Positions 51,187 to 59,658 of a stretch of DNA of 64,000 bases are shown one piece after another. Every line of letters starts with the position of its first letter. The stretch's first letter is position 1. Position numbers and translations under genes: made by a program. The stretch is taken from contig CAVWCF010000001.1 in NCBI GenBank assembly GCA_963753435.1, forward strand, positions 224,001-288,000, read 5' to 3'. The notes beneath the pieces are model-generated. The model was not told the DNA's origin, ran no database searches, and saw only the letters and a program-made list of their open reading frames with translations. The DNA comes from an uncultured Actinomycetota bacterium (GTDB lineage: Bacteria; Actinomycetota; Actinomycetes; CAVWCF01).

Positions 51187-51191
51187 ACCGA

Positions 51192-52418
51192 CTAGTGGTT
51201 GTTGCCGAAGACAGACACGCCTAGCAGGGCGGCAACGGCGTCGGCGACCAGTGCGGGAGCTGCCGCGTCGCCACCGTCGGCGGCCGCCCAATCGTCAACT
51301 GCCTGTAGCGCGCGGGGTGCGTCAAGATCGGCTGCGAGCGCGGCCCGAATCGCACCGATCACTGGTTCGGCCGGCTGCGCAGTGCTACGTCGGGCGGCTT
51401 GGCCCCACCGGTCCAACCGGGCAACGGCCCGTTCAAGGTCGGCGTCGGTCCACTCCCAGTCGGTTCGGTAGTGGTGTGCCAGCAGCGCCAGTCGGATCGC
51501 CATCGGGGCGACCTGCTGACGCAGTGCCGATACGAAGACGAGGTTGCCCTTCGACTTGGACATCTTCTCCCCGGCCCAGGCGACCATGCCGGCGTGCACG
51601 TAGGCGTTGGCGAAAGGGTGCTCAGGGTCCAAGGCAGTGGCCTGGGATGCGCTCATCTCGTGGTGCGGGAAGACAAGGTCGGAACCGCCGCCCTGAACGG
51701 CGAAGGTCGGCCCCAGATGGGCCCTGGCGATGGCGGTGCATTCCACGTGCCAGCCGGGCCGCCCGTGACCAAGGCGGGACTCCCATGCCGGCTCTTCCGG
51801 CCGCTGCGCCTGCCACAACAGCGGGTCCAGCGGATCGCGCTTGCCAGGCCGCTGTGGGTCGCCGCCACGTTCGGCGAACATCTTCTCCATTTGCGCCCGC
51901 GGCCAACCGCTGACGCGGCCAAAGCCCGGGTCGGCGGCCACGGAGAAGTACACGTCTTGGCCCACCTGGTACGCGGACCCGGAGTCGACGAGCTCCTGCA
52001 CCACGTCCTCGATGAGCGGCAACGATTCGACGACGCCGAGATAGTGCTGCGGCGGCAGGACGGCGAGAGCGGCCATGTCCTCCCGGAACAACTGGGTTTC
52101 GCGGGCCGCGATCGCGCGCCAGTCATCACCCACTGCGACGGCGCGCTCCAGAAGAGGATCGTCGACATCAGTCACGTTCTGCACGTACGTGACCGTCAAG
52201 CCGGCATCCAGCCAGGCGCGGTGCAGCAGATCGAAGGCAACGTAGGTGGCCGCGTGCCCCATGTGGGTGGCGTCGTACGGCGTGATCCCGCACACGTAAA
52301 GGCCCGCATGCGCCCCGGAAACGGGTTGCGTCAGGCCGTTCGTGGCGGTGTCGAACACATAGACCGGACCGCCGGTTCCAGGGATCTGCGGCGGCACGGC
52401 CGCAGCCCAGGACTCCAC
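51192..52418 (-). CDS. mshC: Cysteine--GlcN-Ins ligase (mycothiol synthesis)
   Basis: [44 protein letters not shown]; short, without an anticodon domain. Confidence 0.95.
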   Translation of the reverse strand: MESWAAAVPPQIPGTGGPVYVFDTATNGLTQPVSGAHAGLYVCGITPYDATHMGHAATYVAFDLLHRAWLDAGLTVTYVQNVTDVDDPLLERAVAVGDDWRAIAARETQLFREDMAALAVLPPQHYLGVVESLPLIEDVVQELVDSGSAYQVGQDVYFSVAADPGFGRVSGWPRAQMEKMFAERGGDPQRPGKRDPLDPLLWQAQRPEEPAWESRLGHGRPGWHVECTAIARAHLGPTFAVQGGGSDLVFPHHEMSASQATALDPEHPFANAYVHAGMVAWAGEKMSKSKGNLVFVSALRQQVAPMAIRLALLAHHYRTDWEWTDADLERAVARLDRWGQAARRSTAQPAEPVIGAIRAALAADLDAPRALQAVDDWAAADGGDAAAPALVADAVAALLGVSVFGNNH

Positions 52419-52443
52419 GAGCGCCGAGCCTAACCGGGGATCC

Positions 52444-53163
52444 TCAGAAGACCGGCCACGGGACGGCTGGCCACTCCGGCGACGGTTCCGGGTGCAGGCG
52501 CTCGGTGAGGAGCCGGTCGAGGCGGTGCAATGTGGCGGCTACTTCGGCTCGGGACAACAGACCCGCGAGGGTCTGGCCGAGCGCTCCATCTACGGCGGTG
52601 ACCAATCCGGTCAGCACCTCGACTGCCTCGTCGGTCAAGGGTTGGCTACGCCAGCCCCACAACACCGTCCGAAGCTTGTCCTCGGTCGCGAAGGTGACCC
52701 CATGGTCGATGCCCACGACCGCGCCTTCAGGGGTGGGGAGCAAGTGTCCACCCTTCCGGTCGGCGTTGTTGATGACCGCATCGAGGACGGCGATCCGCCG
52801 CAGGTCGGGGTGCTGGCTGCGAATCAGTTCCAGCGGGTCCACCGCCTCGTCGGTTTCCACCCAGGCTTGGACCATGCCCGGGCCGGCCGGTCCGTCGCGA
52901 AAGACCGTCGGCGGGATCAGGTTCCAGCCGGTATGCCGACTGACTTGGTAGGCGGCGACTTCGCGGTTGGCCAGGGTGCCGTCGGGGAAGTCCCAGAGCG
53001 GCCGCTCCCCCGCAACGGGCTTGTAGACGGCCGCGATGCTGACCCCGTCAGCAACCACTGAGCAGTACAGCGTTGCGTTCGAGGCGTCGATGAGGCGCCC
53101 TTCGATGTCGATCTGTCCGCGCTGCAGCAACTCCAAGGTCGCGGGTTCGTCCACTGCTACCAC
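52444..53163 (-). CDS. SCO1664 family protein (PI3/PI4-kinase-like fold)
   Basis: [42 protein letters not shown]. Confidence 0.9.
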   Translation of the reverse strand: MVAVDEPATLELLQRGQIDIEGRLIDASNATLYCSVVADGVSIAAVYKPVAGERPLWDFPDGTLANREVAAYQVSRHTGWNLIPPTVFRDGPAGPGMVQAWVETDEAVDPLELIRSQHPDLRRIAVLDAVINNADRKGGHLLPTPEGAVVGIDHGVTFATEDKLRTVLWGWRSQPLTDEAVEVLTGLVTAVDGALGQTLAGLLSRAEVAATLHRLDRLLTERLHPEPSPEWPAVPWPVF

Positions 53164-53166
53164 CGG

Positions 53167-53691
53167 TCAGCGGCGCCGGTACCCGTTGCGACGCGGGCAG
53201 ATATGACCTTCGGGGTCCAACGGCTGCTGGCAGAAGGGGCACGGGGGCCGTCCTGCCGATACCAGCGCCTGGGATCGGCGGATGAACTCCCGGGCGGGCC
53301 CCGGGCGCAGGCGCACCTGTAGCCGTGCCTCGTCGGATTCTGTGTCGGATTCGGCGTCGGCCCGGGCCTCGATCAGGACCGAGCTGGAGGTGTCGTCCCA
53401 GACCAGGGACAACTCCGCCACCCGGAACTCCTCCTCAAGGGGTAGGTCCAGTGGACCGTTGTCCTTCAACTCCGGGGGTGGCTCCTGCGGCACTTCGTCG
53501 TTTCCGCCGGCACGCACCGCATCAAGCATCACCGCCATCCGCTCGGCCAGCAGCGCCACCTGGGTCTTTTCGCAGACGACCGACGTGATGCGGTCCTCCT
53601 GCCGGACCTGCAGGTAGAAGGTGCGTTGACCCGGTTCGCCGACGGTGCCGGCCACAAAACGGTCCGGTGCGGCGTAGTCCAAGGACGTCAC
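53167..53691 (-). CDS. DUF3090 family protein
   Basis: RFVAGTVGEPGQRTFYLQ, EKTQV, AGRPPCPFC..PLDPEGHICPRRNG. Confidence 0.9.
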   Translation of the reverse strand: MTSLDYAAPDRFVAGTVGEPGQRTFYLQVRQEDRITSVVCEKTQVALLAERMAVMLDAVRAGGNDEVPQEPPPELKDNGPLDLPLEEEFRVAELSLVWDDTSSSVLIEARADAESDTESDEARLQVRLRPGPAREFIRRSQALVSAGRPPCPFCQQPLDPEGHICPRRNGYRRR

Positions 53692-53700
53692 GGTGTCACC

Positions 53701-54375
53701 CTAGGGCCGCTTCGGCCCGGCCCCGCCGCCAACTTCTGGCGCGCGCCGACGCGAACCTCCGCCGAAGCCGGACAGGTTGCCAGTGGTGTCGTTGAGCCGA
53801 AGGACCAACGGGCGCATCTCGGTGTAGGCGATCACTGACACCGACCCGGGATCGACGACTATGCGCTGGAACTGATCCAGGTGCAGTCCCAGCGCGTCGG
53901 CGACGATCGCCTTGATGACGTCTCCGTGCGAGCAGGCCAGGACCACGCCCTTGGGACGTTCGCGAACGATCTCGCGGATCGCTTCGACCGCGCGGGCCTG
54001 CATCTGCGCCAGGGCCTCGCCGCCGGGGAACACCGCCGCACTGGGGTGGTTCTGCACCACGGGCCACAGTTTGCGCCGGGACAGGACCGACAACTTCTTG
54101 CCCGTCCAGTCGCCGTAGTCGACCTCGGCTAAACGGTCGTCGAGTTCCACGGGCGTTCGGGGCCGGTCCCGCTGAACAGGCTCCAGCGTCTGCAGGCAGC
54201 GCTGCAGCGGACTGGTGTGGATGGCGGTCAGCCGCAAGCCCTTGAGCCGATGGGCCAGCTGTTCGGCCTGCTCCTTGCCGGTGGCGTCCAGCTTGGTCCC
54301 CGGGGCACGCCCGGCCAACACCCCGGCCGTGTTGGCGGTGGTTCGGCCGTGGCGGGCCAGCAGCACAACGGTCAC
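53701..54375 (-). CDS. Histidine phosphatase, MSMEG_4193 family putative phosphomutase
   Basis: RHG, SPLQRC..T, EVDYGDW, SHGDVIK, HLDQFQRI. Confidence 0.9.
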   Translation of the reverse strand: MTVVLLARHGRTTANTAGVLAGRAPGTKLDATGKEQAEQLAHRLKGLRLTAIHTSPLQRCLQTLEPVQRDRPRTPVELDDRLAEVDYGDWTGKKLSVLSRRKLWPVVQNHPSAAVFPGGEALAQMQARAVEAIREIVRERPKGVVLACSHGDVIKAIVADALGLHLDQFQRIVVDPGSVSVIAYTEMRPLVLRLNDTTGNLSGFGGGSRRRAPEVGGGAGPKRP

Positions 54376-54390
54376 GGGGGCAGTCTCACA

Positions 54391-55215
54391 TCACGTGGCG
54401 GAGATCGCCCCGGTGGCGAGCAACAGCAGGATGAATGCGCCGAAGCCGACGCGGTAGATGACGAACGGCATGAAGGTGTGGGTTGCGATGAAGCGCAGGA
54501 ACCAGGCGATCACGGCATAGCCGACCGCGAAGGCGACAACCGCAGCCAGGATCGTCGGACCCCACGAGACCGAACTGGCCTCCGACAAGCGTGTCGCTTC
54601 GTAGAAGCCGCTGGCCAGCACCGCCGGAATCGCCAGTAGGAAGGAGTACCGGGTCGCCGCCTCCCGGGTGTACCCGAGGAACAGGCCCACAGTGATCGTG
54701 CCGCCGGAACGGGACACCCCCGGGATCAGTGCGCAGGCCTGACCAAGACCGAACAAGATCCCGTCACGCAGGTTGAGCTGGCGCAGCGGCTTGGCCTCGC
54801 GGCCGACGCGATCAGCCAGCCCGAGCAGTAGCCCGAAGGCGATGAGCATGACCGCGGTCAAGCGCAGGTCCCGGACCACCGTCTCGATCTGATCGGTGAA
54901 CGCCAGACCAAGGACCGCGATGGGGATCGTGCCGACGATCACGTACCAGCCCATCCGCGCGTCGATGCTGCCGCGCAGCGCGGGCCGCACTAGCGACTGT
55001 GCCCACGTCGTGATGATTCGCCACAGGTCCTTGCGGAAGTAGAGCAAGACGGCGGCCTCGGTGCCGATCTGAGTTACCGCGGTGAATGCGGCCCCGGGGT
55101 CGTCCCAGCCGAACAATTCCGAGAAGACCAGCAGGTGCGCGCTGGAGGAGATCGGCAGGAACTCGGTCAATCCCTGCAGCACCCCGAGGACGAGGGCCTC
55201 GAACCAGCCGATCAC
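54391..55215 (-). CDS. uppP: Undecaprenyl-diphosphatase
   Basis: QGLTEFLPISSSAH, Q..ALIPGVSRSG.T, YSFLLAIP. Confidence 0.95.
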   Translation of the reverse strand: MIGWFEALVLGVLQGLTEFLPISSSAHLLVFSELFGWDDPGAAFTAVTQIGTEAAVLLYFRKDLWRIITTWAQSLVRPALRGSIDARMGWYVIVGTIPIAVLGLAFTDQIETVVRDLRLTAVMLIAFGLLLGLADRVGREAKPLRQLNLRDGILFGLGQACALIPGVSRSGGTITVGLFLGYTREAATRYSFLLAIPAVLASGFYEATRLSEASSVSWGPTILAAVVAFAVGYAVIAWFLRFIATHTFMPFVIYRVGFGAFILLLLATGAISAT

Positions 55216-56249
55216 ATCCGATCCAGCAACTCAGCCATGGTGCGAACCGTGTCGAGCCGGGCCTCCCGCGTGGGTGCGTACGGAGCGATCGTCAGCGTGG
55301 TCACTCCGGCGTCGGCGTAGGCCGCGAGCCGGTCGCGGACCCGGTCCGGCGGGCCCAGCAGCGCGGTGCGGTCGACGAACTCCCAGGGCACTGCCGCTGC
55401 CGCGGCGGCGTAGTCCCGGGCCAGGTACGCATCCTGAACCTGCTCGGCCTCGGCCCCGTACCCCATGCTGACCGCGAGTCGGTTGTAGAAGTTCTGATCC
55501 CGCGAGCCCATCCCCCCGATGTACAGGGCCGCGTAGGCGCGCACGGCGGCGGCACATTCGACCGGATCCTCACCCAGCACCACCGGGACCGTAGGCACTA
55601 CGTCGAAGTCCGCCTCGGCGCGTGCGGATCGCGCCAATCCGGCGCGGATATGGGACATGAGCTCGCCGGAGTGCTCCGGCGCGAAGAACACTGCTAGCCA
55701 GCCGTCGGCGATCTCGCCGGCCAACTGGAGGTTCTTGGGGCCGACGGCCGCCAAGTAGATGGGTAGTTGCTCTCGGACCGGGTGCACCGTCAGCCGCAGG
55801 GCCTTTCCGGGGCCGTCCGGCAGCGGCAACTGAAAGTGTTTGCCGTCGTACTGCACCTTCTCCCGGGCCAGGGCCATGCGCACGATGTCCACGTATTCGC
55901 GGGTCCGCGACAAGGGCTTGTCGAAACGCACCCCGTGCCAGCCCTCAGAGACCTGCGGACCGGACACCCCCAGTCCCAACCGGAACCGGCCGCCGGACAA
56001 CGTGTCTAGCGTGGCTGCGGTCATGGCGGTGTTGGCCGGGGTGCGGCCGGGGATCTGAAAGACCGCGCTGCCGATGTCGACCCGTTCCGTCTGCGCGGCC
56101 ACCCACGCCAGCACGGTGGCGGCGTCGGATCCGTACGCCTCAGCCGCCCAGACGACGGAGTAGCCGAGCGAGTCGGCAGCGCGCGCCAACTCCAGGTTGT
56201 CGGCGTCGTTGCCCATCCCCCAGTACCCGAGGTTCAGCCCGAGTTCCAT
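55212..56249 (-). CDS. LLM class F420-dependent oxidoreductase
   Basis: LGLNLGYW, AEAYGSDA, LGLGVSGPQVSEGWHG, AAVGPKN...AGEIADG. Confidence 0.9.
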   Translation of the reverse strand: MELGLNLGYWGMGNDADNLELARAADSLGYSVVWAAEAYGSDAATVLAWVAAQTERVDIGSAVFQIPGRTPANTAMTAATLDTLSGGRFRLGLGVSGPQVSEGWHGVRFDKPLSRTREYVDIVRMALAREKVQYDGKHFQLPLPDGPGKALRLTVHPVREQLPIYLAAVGPKNLQLAGEIADGWLAVFFAPEHSGELMSHIRAGLARSARAEADFDVVPTVPVVLGEDPVECAAAVRAYAALYIGGMGSRDQNFYNRLAVSMGYGAEAEQVQDAYLARDYAAAAAAVPWEFVDRTALLGPPDRVRDRLAAYADAGVTTLTIAPYAPTREARLDTVRTMAELLDRM

Positions 56250-56316
56250 CCATCCTCCGCAGGAGAAGAGTGTCGCCGCGACTGTAGCCGCGCCGACGTG
56301 ACTAGCCTCGTCAGTC

Positions 56317-57285
56317 ATGGATAGCCGCGTCGTGGGAGCAAGCGGCCTGCGCGTTTCACGCCTGGGGCTTGGCACTCTGACTTGGGGCCGGGACACCGAT
56401 GAACACGAGGCCGCAGAGCAACTGAGCACCTTCCTGGAGGCAGGCGGCTCCTTGATCGACACCGCAGCCGCATCCCCGGACGCGGAGGAGTTGCTGGGGC
56501 AACTGCTGACCGAGGTCGATCGCGACGAAGTGGTCATCGCCGGCAAGGCCGGCCTGCGCCGCACCGAAAGCGGCTTGACCACGGACACCTCCCGGCGCGG
56601 GCTGCTGGCGCAGTTGGACGCGTCAATGCGTCGACTGGGGACTGATCACGTGGACTTGTGGTCGGTGCACGCCTGGTCCGATGACGTTCCACTGGAAGAG
56701 GTGCTGGCCACACTGGAACAGGCCGTGTCCTCCGGGCGGGCCCGGTACGCGGGCGTGAGCAACTACGCCGGCTGGCAGACAGCGGCCGCTGCTGTTGGGG
56801 CCCAAGCGGGTGGTGTCCCGTTGGTTGCCACGTCCGTGGAGTACTCCTTGCTGGCTCGCGGAGTCGAACGCGAGGTCGTGCCGGCCTGTCTGACGCTGGG
56901 GCTCGGTGTGCTCGCGTGGTCACCGCTGGGGCGCGGGGTCCTTACCGGCAAGTACCGCCACGGGATCCCAGCGGACAGTCGCGGTGCCGCGCCGCACTTC
57001 TCTGCATTCGTGGAGCCGTATCTGGGGCCGACCTCCGGCCGGGTCGTGGCCGCGGTCTGCACCGCTGCCGAAGGCCTGGGGGTGGCGCCGTTGGAGGTGG
57101 CGCTGGCCTGGCTGCTTTCCCGACCCGCCGTCGCATCGGCCGTCGTCGGGGCCCGGACCGCCGCTCAGCTGAAGGGGATCATGGCGGCGGACTCACTCGA
57201 ATTGCCCGCGGAGATCCAGCAGGCGTTGGATGAGGTCTCCGAGCCGGCGATCGGCTACCCCGAGCGCGCACGTGGAGGGCGATGA
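56317..57285 (+). CDS. Aldo/keto reductase
   Basis: LGLGTLTWG, IDTA, LGTDHVDL, GVSNY, WSPLGRGVLTGKY. The usual catalytic Tyr after DTA is not obvious (DTAAASP). Confidence 0.88.
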   Translation: MDSRVVGASGLRVSRLGLGTLTWGRDTDEHEAAEQLSTFLEAGGSLIDTAAASPDAEELLGQLLTEVDRDEVVIAGKAGLRRTESGLTTDTSRRGLLAQLDASMRRLGTDHVDLWSVHAWSDDVPLEEVLATLEQAVSSGRARYAGVSNYAGWQTAAAAVGAQAGGVPLVATSVEYSLLARGVEREVVPACLTLGLGVLAWSPLGRGVLTGKYRHGIPADSRGAAPHFSAFVEPYLGPTSGRVVAAVCTAAEGLGVAPLEVALAWLLSRPAVASAVVGARTAAQLKGIMAADSLELPAEIQQALDEVSEPAIGYPERARGGR

Positions 57286-57467
57286 CGGAGTACGAGACGC
57301 GGCAACTCACCTTCGATAGATCAATTTCTCGGGGTGAGGCCCGCGCCGTGCTCACCGCCGAGGCGGAATACGGCCGCTGGGAACTCGCCCGCGTCCGGTT
57401 ATTTCCCGATGGGCGGCGGCGGGTGTGGCTGCGCCGACGGGTGATGCGGGTGGCGCGGACCCTCTAG
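57282..57467 (+). CDS. DUF5703 family small protein
   Basis: LT..AEYG.WELAR.RL.PDG.RRV.LRRR; overlaps the AKR stop codon (ATGA). Confidence 0.85.
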   Translation: MTEYETRQLTFDRSISRGEARAVLTAEAEYGRWELARVRLFPDGRRRVWLRRRVMRVARTL

Positions 57468-57515
57468 CGGCAGCGTGGGGAGAAGCAGCCGACCCGCCTT
57501 GCGGTCATGACCGAC

Positions 57516-58814
57516 CTAGGCCAGGTCCAGGAACCGGTCCAGCACCCTGGTGCCGAACTGCAGGGAATCGATCGGCACGCGCTCGTCGACGCCGTGGAAC
57601 ATGCCGGCGAAGTCCAGATCTGCGGGCAGGCGCAGTGGGGAGAAACCGAATCCGGTGATGCCCAGGCGGCTGAACGCCTTCAGGTCGGTGCCGCCGGACA
57701 GGCAGTACGGCGCAACTGCGGCGGTGGGGTCCTCTGCCAGCAGCGCAGCCGTCATGGCATCGACCAGGTCCCCGGTGAACGGCTGCTCGATCGCGATGTC
57801 GTGGTGAACGGTCTCCCGCCGCACTCGCTCACCGAGCAGCCGGTCGAGGTCGGCCAGCAGCTCGTCCTCGAATCCGGGCAGGAAGCGCGCGTCCAAGAGC
57901 GCGGTCGCCTCCCCCGGGATGACGTTCTGCTTGTAGCCGGCCTGCAGAACCGTTGGGTTGGCGGTGTTTCGCAGGGTTGCACCGATCAGGATCGCCAACG
58001 GGCCCAGGCGCTCGACGATGGCTTGGGGATCATCGGCCGGCAGGCCGAGCGCGTCCGCCAGCGTCTCCAGCAGCGCCGTCGTCGTCGCGGTCATGTGCAG
58101 GGGGAACTCATGACGACCGATCCTGGCCACCGCAGCGGCCAGTTCGGTAACCGCGTTCTGATCGTTGGTCATGGAGCCGTGTCCGGCGCGACCGTTCGCC
58201 ACCAACCGCAGCCAGGCGATCCCCTTCTGTGCGGACTCGATCAGGTAGATGCGCCGCTGGTTCACCGTCACCGAGAAGCCGCCCACCTCGCCGATGGCCT
58301 CGGTGGCCCCTTCGAACGCGTCGGGGTGGTTGTCGACCAGCCAGTGCGCTCCGTAGACGCCGCCAGCCTCCTCGTCGGCGGTGAAGGCCAGAACGATGTC
58401 GCGGGCCGGTGGCCTATCGCTGCGGAGTCTGGACCGGATCACCGCCAGCACCATCGCGTCCATGTCTTTCATGTCCACAGCGCCTCTACCCCAGATGCAG
58501 TCGGCGGCAATCTCCGCGCTGAACGGATCGTGGGTCCAGTCCGATGCATCAGCCGGCACCACATCAAGGTGGCCGTGGATCAGCAGTGCCGGGCGGCTGG
58601 GGTCGGCACCGGCGATGCGGGCCAGGACGGACGCGCGTCCGGGCGCGGATTCGATGATGCGGGGCTGCACCCCCACTTCGGCCAGGGATGCCGCGACGAA
58701 CTCGGCCGCCGCCCGCTCACCGGGACCACTGCTGTCGCCGTGGTTGACCGAAGGTATGCGGATCAATTCGCGGCACAGGCCGACTACGTCCTCGCTTGCG
58801 CTGGGAGTGCTCAC
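57516..58814 (-). CDS. M20/M25/M40 family metallopeptidase
   Basis: HGHLDVVP, GRGAVDMK, ADEEAG, GHGS, GGTD, HGVDER; alternative start at 58823. Confidence 0.92.
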   Translation of the reverse strand: MSTPSASEDVVGLCRELIRIPSVNHGDSSGPGERAAAEFVAASLAEVGVQPRIIESAPGRASVLARIAGADPSRPALLIHGHLDVVPADASDWTHDPFSAEIAADCIWGRGAVDMKDMDAMVLAVIRSRLRSDRPPARDIVLAFTADEEAGGVYGAHWLVDNHPDAFEGATEAIGEVGGFSVTVNQRRIYLIESAQKGIAWLRLVANGRAGHGSMTNDQNAVTELAAAVARIGRHEFPLHMTATTTALLETLADALGLPADDPQAIVERLGPLAILIGATLRNTANPTVLQAGYKQNVIPGEATALLDARFLPGFEDELLADLDRLLGERVRRETVHHDIAIEQPFTGDLVDAMTAALLAEDPTAAVAPYCLSGGTDLKAFSRLGITGFGFSPLRLPADLDFAGMFHGVDERVPIDSLQFGTRVLDRFLDLA

Positions 58815-58886
58815 GGCGGCCATTCTGCCGAACGTCGAACCGCCGACCCGCTGGTAACCTGCTCCACTGCCCGGCGCGCCGGGCAT

Positions 58887-58975
58887 GTCCGGGTGGCGGA
58901 ATTGGCAGACGCGCTAGCTTGAGGTGCTAGTGCCCGTATTAGGGCGTGGGGGTTCAAGTCCCCCCTCGGACACCA
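58887..58975 (+). tRNA. tRNA-Leu(GAG)
   Basis: Acceptor stem GTCCGGG/CTCGGAC-A-CCA; D arm GGCGGAATTGGCAGACGCG; anticodon arm CTAGC-TTGAGGT-GCTAG; long variable arm; T arm GGGGG-TTCAAGT-CCCCC. Confidence 0.97.
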
Positions 58976-58989
58976 GAAAGTCAGGGGTC

Positions 58990-59658
58990 GTGGACGGATT
59001 CTGGCTGACTCCTCGACCGCTGCGCGTGGGGGCTTGGGTGATCGCGGCGGCCTTCGCTGTGCATTTGGTCAACGGTCTATTGGTCGAGCGCTTGGTCCTT
59101 GGCTTTGCCTCCTTTGCCGACTACGCCGACGTTGACCTACTTGCCGACGCGATTGGCTCGTTGCCTTGGCGCGCCAGTGCGACCGCTCATCTGGTCTCCG
59201 CTTTCGCCGTTCTCGCGCTGGCGGTAGCTCTGGCAGCGCGAGTGCGGGCCGCCAACCACTGGGCCTGGCCTCTGATCGTCGGCACTGGCATCGTGTCGGC
59301 CACGGGGTTCGCACTCAACGGAATCGCAGGCAACCTCGGGGCGCAGGTCCTCGATCTGCTGGTCTCGGGAAACTCCAGTGTCAATGCCGCCGACATCGTG
59401 GCCGGGTTCAGCATCGTGGTGCCGATCTTCAACGCCGTGGCGATCGTCATGTTCGGGGCCCTTGTCGCTCTGGTCAGTGGCTGGGCTCGAGCCTGTAGTT
59501 CACTCCCCCGGGCAACCGTCCTCCTGGGTTGGCTTACCGCTGCCTCATGTCTGGTGATGGCCTTCGTTTACGTGCCCGCCTACCTCTTGCTGGTCCCGGC
59601 CTGGTCGCTGGCTGTTGGCAGTGCCCCACGGCCCTTGACTGTCACGACGACGAAGTAG
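58990..59658 (+). CDS. Hypothetical multi-pass membrane protein (DUF4386-like)
   Basis: About 6 hydrophobic segments; start moved out of the tRNA; family call tentative. Confidence 0.55.
   Translation: MDGFWLTPRPLRVGAWVIAAAFAVHLVNGLLVERLVLGFASFADYADVDLLADAIGSLPWRASATAHLVSAFAVLALAVALAARVRAANHWAWPLIVGTGIVSATGFALNGIAGNLGAQVLDLLVSGNSSVNAADIVAGFSIVVPIFNAVAIVMFGALVALVSGWARACSSLPRATVLLGWLTAASCLVMAFVYVPAYLLLVPAWSLAVGSAPRPLTVTTTK

Noticed and set aside
58924-58989. N-terminal part of ORF 58924-59658
   Set aside because: It overlaps tRNA-Leu; the start was moved to GTG 58990.
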